Shown: positions 39,001 through 45,211 of the stretch, piece after piece
How positions within the stretch are numbered: the stretch's first letter is position 1
Layout of the letters: the number at the start of each line of letters is the position of its first letter
Assembly (NCBI GenBank): GCA_002269645.1
Contig: NIVC01000280.1
Span: forward strand, 186,001-250,000
Source of the DNA: Macrostomum lignano
Taxonomy: Eukaryota
Length of the DNA stretch: 64,000 bases
Direction of reading: 5' to 3'
Made by a program: the position numbers and the translations under genes
Notes under the pieces: generated by a model
What the model saw: the letters and a program-made list of their open reading frames with translations, nothing else
Told to the model about the DNA's origin: nothing
The model's database searches: none

Positions 39001-42000
39001 CTTTAGCCTCATCCATCAAGCTGTAGCCTCATCTATCAGGCTGTAGCCTCATCTATCAGGCTGTAGCCTCATCTATCAAGCTGTAGCCTCATCCATCAAG
39101 CTGTAGCTTCATCTATCAGGCTGTAGCCTCATCAAATCAAACTGTAGCTAACCATCCTTTACCATCATTAAGCCCCAGCATCCCTCATCAACATTTAGCC
39201 TCAGCATCCTTCATCAACATTTAGTCTCAGCATCCTTCATCAATATTTAGCCTCAGCATCATTTATCAACATTTAGCCTCAGCATACTTCATCAACATTT
39301 AGCCTCAGCATCCTTCATCAACATTTAGCATCAGCATACTTCATCAACATTTAGCCTCAGCATCCTTCATCAACATTTAGTCTCAGCATCCTTCATCAAT
39401 ATTTAGTCTCAGCATCCTTCATCAATATTTAGTCTCAGCATACTTCATCAACATTTAGCCTCAGCATCCTTCATCAACATTTAGCCTCAGCATACTTCAT
39501 CAACATTTAGCCTCAGCATCCTTCATCAACATTTAGCCTCAGCATCCTTCATCAACATTTAGCCTCAGCATCCTTCAACATTTAGCCTCAGCATCCTTCA
39601 TCAACATTTAGCCTCAGCATCCTTCATCAACATTTAGCCTCAGCATCCTTCATCAATATTTAGTCTCAGCATACTCCATCAACATTTAGCCTCAGCATCC
39701 TTCATCAACATTTAGCCTCAGCATCCTTCGTACTGCCCACAAATCCCAAACGGCGAGGAAAATGTGTGCACTGGGCGCTTCGTCGACTGCCTAAGTTTCC
39801 ATGCCCGCACACCTACCAGTGCAGCAGTATCAGGTACATCATTCAGCTTGCCTTCATGGGCCCCAGCACGTCAATGAGCAGCGCCCGGTCGTGCTTAGCC
39901 AAAGCATCTGCGCAGTCCAGGCACAGGTAGAATGGCGGGCTCTTGTTCTCCTTGACCAGGCACAGCTTGGGCGAGATGGTCATCTTGGCGGCACTCCGGC
40001 TGGCCTTGTTGTTCTTGTTCGGGCACTCGGGCCTCTCGCACACGATGGCCTGCCAGGGCTCGTGTTTGTACTTGGACAGCCGCAGCGCCTGCAGGATGTT
40101 GGCGTTCTGCGGCAACAGCTCGGGCCAGTAGTGGAACAGCATCGTCACGGCGGGCAGGCGGGTCTCGGTGGGCCCGTGAGCAGCAACGAAGGCCAAATCG
40201 CGTGATAGGTCGCGCTTCAGGCCCATCAGGCACTCGACTACTTGACTGTGCAGCTCTGCAACGGGTCGGCATGGCTAGCTGCTATATCTAAGCGACTGAC
40301 TGGTCAAATGCACAGCGCATCGGCAGCTACTCACCCGGCTTCTCAACATACTGAAACACCATAGTGAGAATGGCCGGCAGTGACTCCGTGGCGTACGATT
40401 CCAACTCCTCGCTCCAGCCTGGAGTGAGTGGGCGGACGAATTGGGCTGAGTCCTGTCGAGCTGTCATCGAATCAAGGGAACCCTCGCTCCCTGTCTGCTT
40501 TGACCTATCTTCTCTCCCTACCCTTTGTATTGTTCTGATATCTTCCTATTGAACTGCTGTGTCAAGACTCAACCCGGTCATTCCCCTGTCGTTTTCTCTG
40601 TCTATCACTGCCTGTCTTTAAACCCCTCTTGTCCATCACGGTCTGTCTTCAAACTCATCTTGTCCATTACTGCCTGTCTTCAAACTCATCTTGTCCATTA
40701 CTGCCTGTCTTCAAACTCATCTTGTCCATCACTGCCTGTCTTCAAACTCATCTTGTCCATCACTGCCTGTCTTCAAACTCATCTTGTCCATTACTGCCTG
40801 TCTTCAAACTCATCTTGTCCATTACGGTCTGACTTCAAACTCCCCTTGTACATCAGGATCTGTTCTCAAACTTCTCTTGTCCATCGCGCGCGCGGTCTGT
40901 CTTTAACAAACTCCCCTCGTCCATCGCGACCTGTCCTCAGCTCGTCTCTCGGTCCCTAGCCCAGGTGTCTAAGCCCCGATACTCACGCAGGATAAGCGGG
41001 AACATGACATTGGTGAGACAGTCGACCAGAGTTCTGCACAGCTGCTGCGGCAGGAACGGCAGCATGCAGGCCACAGTGTAGGGCATGGTCTCGAGGATCT
41101 CAACCTCAAGAAAAGGAATCAGCTGGGCCAAGATGGTGAGAATGGCCTCGTAGGCTGCGGCCTGCCCAGACTGGACATTGTGCATCACGTCCAGCAGGTA
41201 GATGACGGCATAGTAGAGCTCCGAGTAGCAGAGATTCGGAAACGTGTTGTGCAATCGGCTGAACTCCTTCGATCGGCCGCCCAGGCTCTCGGGATCGAGG
41301 GCCGGACAGTCTTTTAGGAAGCTGAGCAGGCGACAAGGAGAGCGGCTGGTTATGATGAGTCGCGAGTTCGAATCCAAAAAAATTATCAAATGGGGCGGAG
41401 TTTCAGGGGGTAGCAGCTCACTGAAGGATCAGGGAGGGGGTAGCAGCTCACTGAAGGATCAGGGAGGGGTAGCAGCTCACTGAAGGATCAGGGAGGGGTA
41501 GCAGCTCACTGAAGGATCAGGGAGGGGTAGCAGCTCACTGAAGGATCAGGGAGGGGTAGCAGCTTACTGAAGGATCAGTGAGGGGTAGAAGCTTGCTGAA
41601 GGATAAGGGAGGGGGTAGCAGCTTACTGAAGGATCAGTGAGGGGGTAACAGCTTACTGAAGGATCAGTGAGGGGGTAGCAGCTTACTGAAGGATCAGGGA
41701 GGGGGTAGCAGCTTATTGAAGGATCAGTGAGGGGTAACAGCTTACTGAAGGATCAGTGAGGGGTAACAGCTTACTGAAGGATCAGTGAGGGGGTAGCAGC
41801 TTACTGAAGGATCAGTGAGGGGTAACAGCTTACTGAAGGATCAGGGAGGGGGTAGCAGCTTACTGAAGGATCGGCTCTTCTTCAGCCAGAAGCAGTAAAA
41901 ATTTAATACCCCAACGCTTGTAGTTCAAGGCATCTTACCCAAGCAGGGTTTGGCTGAAGTTCTTCAGGGTGTTGGCAATGTCGCTGCCAGGTGGCGGTGG

Positions 42001-44223
42001 GCTGACTGCATTGCTGAGCTTGGCCTGGTAGTCCCTTAAAATCTTTATCTTGGCAGCAACTACAAGAACAGTTAAATGGGAGTGCTGATGTTGTTACCAT
42101 AGATAATAACATGATTTTATAATAAAAAAACTGCCACATTTAACAAATTTATAACTTGCTTTATCTTTATCAAAAAGCATACAATAATCAGAACTAGCAA
42201 AGATCTAGCATATTTAACATAGTTAAAAAAAGTAGGTAAATCTTCAAAGTCTGACATTTACTATGCAAATATAAGTTTAAAAAATCTTCAATTTTATTTA
42301 TAAAGCATAAAGATATTAACTTTTTCATTGCGGACAAGCTCTGCTATTTGCTTATGCTTTGCACATGTGCTTATGTAGCTAGACTTGTATATGCAGCTGG
42401 GTACAGGCCCCCAGAAGGGATGTGAGGAAAAAACCCTATGGGAAATAAAGGAATAAAAAAGAGAATAGCCAGAGCTAAGGCTATAGGCAGACCAAAATCG
42501 GCTGCATTTTTCTACTAAAACTCTACCTTTTATTTGCTGGCTTAAGACACAATGTATTTATAAATATAAACCTTCTTTACTATATATAAACTGTTTTATT
42601 GCAAGCACTGACATTTCTTAAAGTTTTTGAATTTCTGCTTGTTTTTTTGAATAAGACTTTGTTTAAAATAGAAGGAAAAAAGGTATATAACAAATTTGAT
42701 TAAAATTATAACTTATAAAATAGATGTACGAGTGTATTCAATTACTAAAAGTAGTTGCTAAATTTAAATTAAAAGTACATTAATCTGCATATTTTTCTTA
42801 TAATCTTCTTGAAATTTTAAAGCAACAAATTTTGAATACTATGAAAAAATGTGATTTGTTTTCATATCAAAGAACAAAGAAGAATCAATATATAAGTAAT
42901 TTTGAATTGAGTTACAAGTTAATTTATTGTCTCCATAAAAAATAAAAAGCTAAAGTCTATACCAAATCAAGTTTCTCTATTGCATTAATTTCATAGATAT
43001 AATTTTTGAAGGGGGAAAGGCAAGCTATACTAAGCAATTGTAATAGGCTAACAAAAAATGATAGCTCAATTTTTTGGCCACAACTAAGGGAGGCATGGCC
43101 ACCTTGCCTCCTATGGATCAACCCCCGATGAGACATTAGATAAGGCTATGAATAAAAAATACAATAGAAAGAAAGGGTTGATATTAGATATCTCTAGCTA
43201 TCTAGAGATTCTTTCTATCCAGGTATGCTTACTATTTAGGGATTGTTGCTATCTAGGGATGCTTGCTCTTAGGGGGTGCTTGCTATTTAGGTTGCTTTTT
43301 ATTTAGGGAATGGTTGCTATCTTGGGTATTTTCTCTATTTAGGGGGAATGTCTAATATCTTTGTGAAGGCTTTATTTTGTTGTCTTTTTCACTCTTAGAA
43401 AAAGAGATTTATAATAAACATCTTTGTCTGTGACAATTTTACTCAAATAAGGTGATTTATAAAATTGAAGAAGTCATTGGTTTTTAGGAAAACATGTTTT
43501 TTAATGAATTTGCATGAATATTTTTGCTCCTTGCTTATTGGGCACCCCAAAGGGTGGCACTAGATTGCTGGTATATACTATAGAACAAAAATAGCATAAT
43601 ATTAATAAGAATTATAAATAGATAAATAATTATTGAATAGATTGAACTACTAATAAGGTATGCATTTTTCTACAAAGAGTTTTATTATATTAGTTAAATT
43701 TATATATTCAAAAAGGAAATTGCCCAGTATAGGTAATGTTTTTTTTTCAACCAAGCAATGCACTAGTCTATCAGATAAACAATATTTTTTCTATATTAAA
43801 TTAAATATACAATCTATAAGTATTTTATATGCTTATATAAAGCATATAAAATACTTCAAAATAGTCAATTACATAATTAGAAGCTAAGTAAAACTTCCAT
43901 AACTTATCCAGCTATCAAAAAATCTAATTCATATGCAATAGAAGCTTATTTAAACTCTATTATACCCTGTACAGAGAGAGTGCGCCACATAGAGTATTGA
44001 GGGATATTTTCATGAAAACAGATTAGATATAATCAAATAATTAAGATACCAGAAAAATACAAATACTGAGGTAAATTAGAATCCAAACCTATTTAATTAC
44101 AACGGTTTAATTTTTTCATTCATTGCAATTGCAATAATATAACAACTGGATAAAAACAGAAAACAATACATTGCACATTGGACACATCTACTTACAGTTT
44201 TGTGCTCTCGTTGTCATTGTCAT
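586..44223 (-). CDS. unc-79: unc-79 homolog (NALCN channelosome subunit), 5' part; gene continues beyond window start
   Basis: 21 exons joined in frame (4878 nt): 44223-44196, 42059-41939, 41321-40987, 40418-40335, 40255-39852, 36772-36338, 35752-35680, 26063-26026, 24864-24761, 24269-23984, 23434-22439, 22228-22080, 21987-21822, 20844-20469, 20236-20039, 13212-13102, 9635-9371, 8993-8768, 8554-8407, 1317-1184, 786-586. Peptides match UNC79 motifs as recalled: MTTRAQNFAAKIKILRDY..GSDIANTLKNFSQTLL, HGPTETRLPAVTMLFHYWP, WLEAIRTEVP, WRTRFDAVEKV, FDALSLEAQL, WLNALLIILYKY. Confidence 0.95.
950..1170. repeat. minisatellite, 17 bp (GTTGCTATGGCTAGTTG)
   Basis: direct inspection. Confidence 0.9.
1184..1317 (-). 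CDS. unc-79: unc-79 exon 20
   Basis: CCTGCAG / AAG|GTGCGA; ASTVSIGDIDTIQENESP; phases bridge exons 19 and 21. Confidence 0.8.
3400..4860. repeat. CT-rich polypyrimidine low-complexity tract with pure (CT)n core at ~4000-4055
   Basis: direct inspection. Confidence 0.95.
5390..6107 (+). mobile_element. non-autonomous Helentron/DINE-1-like element (putative)
   Basis: diverged internal repeats TGTCAA(A/G)TTTGAAG..AATCG, (GACA)n microsatellite near the 3' end followed by TTTTATAGGTAGAGAT; 5' TGTACA hairpin; boundaries uncertain. Confidence 0.5.
6287..6854. repeat. diverged tandem duplication (276 + 292 bp)
   Basis: 6287-6562 and 6563-6854 align end to end, both ending AAACTAAGCAGGATCATAAAGAC. 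Confidence 0.9.
7690..7925. repeat. C-rich minisatellite, ~15 bp (CCCCACCAACCCTAC)
   Basis: direct inspection. Confidence 0.85.
7930..8224 (-). mobile_element. tRNA-derived SINE
   Basis: minus strand A box TAGCCTAGTGG, B box GGTTCGATTC; body with TTCACCCAGCTGTAAAT (SINE central-domain-like); simple-repeat tail. Confidence 0.65.
8407..8554 (-). CDS. unc-79: unc-79 exon 19
   Basis: CCGCAG / G|GTGAGT; YQY..LVKIAINTIDAQVHVC. Confidence 0.9.
8768..8993 (-). CDS. unc-79: unc-79 exon 18
   Basis: CTCAAG / AAG|GTAGGC; FHAFIGGISPVLDCN..WLNALLIILYK. Confidence 0.92.
9046..9345. repeat. minisatellite, 27 bp x ~11 (CATCTAGGGCGGTTCAGGGGCGATTGT)
   Basis: direct inspection. Confidence 0.95.
9371..9635 (-). 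CDS. unc-79: unc-79 exon 17
   Basis: CGCAG / AG|GTGCGT; DRETLHQLVALLLHFM..RHLNTLLGYNQ..PYKL. Confidence 0.92.
10709..11387 (+). pseudogene. THAP-domain (P-element-like transposase N-terminus) fragment, probably decayed, antisense in unc-79 intron 16
   Basis: CAPYGC..FHKF (from 10709) plus RCEEW..R.DL..VCSLHF..AFP (ORF 10842) form a C2CH THAP signature; the halves are out of frame and the 28-nt linking intron ends in CG, not AG. Confidence 0.65.
12140..12980. repeat. minisatellite, 21 bp x ~39 (ATGACCAATGAACGAGAATCA)
   Basis: direct inspection. Confidence 0.95.
13102..13212 (-). CDS. unc-79: unc-79 exon 16
   Basis: CTGCAG / G|GTGAGT; VPKDKQYSRQASAPLFSVGRRKSK; phase 1-1. Confidence 0.85.
14360..14554 (-). 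CDS. candidate unc-79 cassette exon (195 nt, phase 1-1)
   Basis: GC-rich island open in the correct frame (SWSLGVLPNPSELIMN..LQQQHPEQPHQ); both splice sites weak. Confidence 0.3.
16590..17050. repeat. tandem repeat, 97 bp x ~4.5
   Basis: GTTTCC landmark at 16604, 16701, 16798, 16895. Confidence 0.92.
17871..17918 (-). CDS. candidate unc-79 micro cassette exon (48 nt, phase 1-1)
   Basis: ATGCAG acceptor, T|GTAAGT consensus donor, open frame SIQTKQLLLPLWPHV. Confidence 0.3.
19026..19208 (-). CDS. candidate unc-79 cassette exon (183 nt, phase 1-1), polyQ/polyA
   Basis: TCGCAG acceptor, A|GTAATT donor; GC-rich island EENFDQEPQQQHQQQDRQEHLLMTLVDEAAAAAAAAA. Confidence 0.6.
20039..20236 (-). CDS. 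unc-79: unc-79 exon 15
   Basis: CCGCAG / G|GTGAGG; KYNRARFAVARTDSVRS. Confidence 0.9.
20275..20445. repeat. minisatellite, 17 bp (CCCTTCACCTCTACCCT)
   Basis: direct inspection. Confidence 0.92.
20469..20844 (-). CDS. unc-79: unc-79 exon 14
   Basis: TCCCAG / G|GTGAGG; SLAHAFSNLIGSLDDINTAVAQRA..FDALSLEAQLDL. Confidence 0.93.
21010..21680. repeat. minisatellite, 15 bp x ~44 (GAGGCACAGATCAGA)
   Basis: direct inspection. Confidence 0.95.
21822..21987 (-). CDS. unc-79: unc-79 exon 13
   Basis: ACACAG / AAG|GTGCCT; LWKLLKAENS..FTSDSWRTRFDAVEK. Confidence 0.9.
22080..22228 (-). CDS. unc-79: unc-79 exon 12
   Basis: TTCAG / AC|GTGAGT; ELESHTDMEVTLSILSSLSYLCLH. Confidence 0.9.
22439..23434 (-). CDS. 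unc-79: unc-79 exon 11 (996 nt, Ala/Ser/Gly-rich)
   Basis: CTCTCAG / AAG|GTGAGC; VLSWLRILTDL..CQFCRECRQWHQYA..LVRALLK. Confidence 0.9.
23480..23935. repeat. minisatellite, 25-26 bp (GGGATCAGGATGTCCGATGGAGATTC)
   Basis: direct inspection. Confidence 0.95.
23984..24269 (-). CDS. unc-79: unc-79 exon 10
   Basis: CTTTCAG / CAG|GTGCAA; QEGLGRLLSLVQYD..MPFWLEAIRTEVP. Confidence 0.92.
24470..24695. repeat. minisatellite, 19 bp (GCATGGAGGTGGGGTGGCT)
   Basis: direct inspection. Confidence 0.95.
24761..24864 (-). CDS. unc-79: unc-79 exon 9
   Basis: CTTTCAG / TG|GTGGGT; YVTKWLNEVYRLHLEIVLSVLLPHPPDYARVGGY. Confidence 0.9.
25015..25995. repeat. 19-bp minisatellite with 57-bp trimeric higher-order unit
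   Basis: three 19-mer variants cycle regularly; the ORF track shows a 19-aa period. Confidence 0.95.
26026..26063 (-). CDS. unc-79: unc-79 exon 8 (38 nt)
   Basis: TTTTTCAG / GAG|GTGGGT; DRLQDTLESIKSE; phases bridge exons 7 and 9. Confidence 0.8.
26850..27215. repeat. minisatellite, 22 bp (TCTGAGTGACTCTGCTCTGCAA)
   Basis: direct inspection. Confidence 0.95.
28025..28770. repeat. minisatellite, 24-bp units then 23-bp units (GACTATGC(C)ATCCAGCTTGACATG)
   Basis: direct inspection. Confidence 0.95.
29923..29997 (-). CDS. candidate unc-79 cassette exon (75 nt, phase 1-1) in intron 7
   Basis: pyrimidine tract + TTTCGCAG, donor G|GTAAGC; VVPIISGASLDFDPPPQPSPKKAT, in frame with exons 7 and 8. Confidence 0.55.
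32190..32350. repeat. degenerate ~27-bp tandem repeat (GTACATTGGGGTAAGTAATGTTTGAGT)
   Basis: direct inspection. Confidence 0.75.
33305..33835. repeat. tandem repeat, 85-86 bp x ~6
   Basis: GATTTGCCAG at 33311, 33397, 33482, 33568, 33653, 33738, 33823. Confidence 0.95.
34612..35255. repeat. minisatellite, 18 bp x ~35 (GGGTTCTGATTGGGGCAG)
   Basis: direct inspection. Confidence 0.95.
35680..35752 (-). CDS. unc-79: unc-79 exon 7
   Basis: CTGCAG / G|GTGAGG; EILGRILAALFLWFDNTKLAEDSK. Confidence 0.9.
35775..36330. repeat. minisatellite, ~22 bp (GACACTGTGAGATAGATGCACA), filling unc-79 intron 6
   Basis: direct inspection. Confidence 0.95.
36338..36772 (-). CDS. unc-79: unc-79 exon 6
   Basis: CTCAG / ATT|GTGAGT; ALPLACESKTC..CFSAECAHLSGGRPIRLCEECH. 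Confidence 0.9.
36790..39130. repeat. minisatellite, 20 bp x ~115 (GCTGTAGCCTCATCTATCAA), with 606-bp higher-order repeat
   Basis: rare variants recur at 606-bp spacing. Confidence 0.95.
39170..39730. repeat. minisatellite, 26 bp (AGCCTCAGCATCCTTCATCAACATTT)
   Basis: direct inspection. Confidence 0.95.
39852..40255 (-). CDS. unc-79: unc-79 exon 5 (ends at a GC donor)
   Basis: TTGCAG acceptor; LHSQVVECLM..LFHYWP..FYLCLDC..DVLGPMK; AAG|GCAAGC. Confidence 0.9.
40335..40418 (-). CDS. unc-79: unc-79 exon 4
   Basis: CTCCAG / G|GTGAGT; WSEELESYATESLPAILTMVFQYVEKP. Confidence 0.9.
40600..40830. repeat. minisatellite, 31 bp (CTGCCTGTCTTCAAACTCATCTTGTCCATTA)
   Basis: direct inspection. Confidence 0.9.
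40987..41321 (-). CDS. unc-79: unc-79 exon 3
   Basis: CTCAG acceptor, C|GTGAGT donor; FLKDCP..TFPNLCYSELY..ETMPYTVACML. Confidence 0.92.
41405..41872. repeat. minisatellite, 29-30 bp (GGGTAGCAGCTTACTGAAGGATCAGTGAG)
   Basis: direct inspection. Confidence 0.95.
41939..42059 (-). CDS. unc-79: unc-79 exon 2
   Basis: TTGTAG acceptor, GG|GTAAGA donor; AAKIKILRDYQAKLSNAVSPPPPGSDIANTLKNFSQTLL. Confidence 0.92.
44196..44223 (-). CDS. unc-79: unc-79 exon 1 (MTMTTRAQN)
   Basis: ATG, then T|GTAAGT phase-1 donor; joins TT of exon 2 to give Phe. Confidence 0.8.
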
Positions 44224-45211
44224 TTGACACTGGTTATAAATAAATAATTACCATCTACGGAGACTTTTTTCTAAAAAATACAGTCCAGTTTACAGTCGCA
44301 CCATGTTTGTAAAAAAATTGTCTCGGTCGACTTATGTGTACAATTGACTAGAATTTCAACTTGTTTCTTCGAAAAATATTGATTTGAAAACCGTATTAAT
44401 ATTAATTTTCGCCACGTCACGGCGTACTCGCTCCATGCCGTTAAAGTTTGTTACATAAGATTTTATTTTAGCCATTATTTGAAGACCATATAAGTTTTGG
44501 ATACCAATTAAATATTGCAAAAATAACGTTTGACTGAAACCATATCAGTTACAACGATTATTTCATTAATTATGCTGAATAATCTTACTTTCTAAAAATC
44601 TAAAGAATAAATCCTATATTCTAAATTGTATTTATAAATGCAGTGAAATCGACTCAGAGAGTGAAGCTATGATTTCTTCAGTTTATCTTCTGAAATTAAA
44701 TATATAAGGGCTTTTACTCACCTAGCTATATCAACGATATTTGTTATAGACAAGACTCGACTCGAATGAAAGTGGATGAGATGTGGGAGTTAGGACTAGC
44801 TAAAAAATTTTGGCTTATACAGTATACTTTAAAAATTTTAAAAACAAGTTCTTCCTATACACTAAAATTTCGACTAAGAATGCATATTATGTTTATGATA
44901 TGTCATCTGCTATGGAGCATTGCTGTCTTGATAAAAAATCCGAGGTTGATCAATCCTTATTTTGCAAATCGCGATCTTAAATCTATGGTAAAACTACGTT
45001 TTCATACAATCGAGCAAAAATAGAGTAAGCTAAATTTAGTAACATGTATATTTATAATAAAACATAATTTGCTGCTGTTTGCTGTTTTGGTGGCTCAGTT
45101 GTTGATTCGACAGACAACAAAAAAGTTGGAAAATTAATTCAGCGCTAGTGGAAGGAATCAGCTCCTTTGTGCTTTGCTGGCGTCATACCCAGCCATTCAC
45201 CAAGTCATGCC
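44224..45211. promoter_or_regulatory. putative shared divergent promoter of unc-79 and the orphan gene
   Basis: about 1 kb of AT-rich DNA between two divergent start codons; inference from layout only. Confidence 0.4.
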
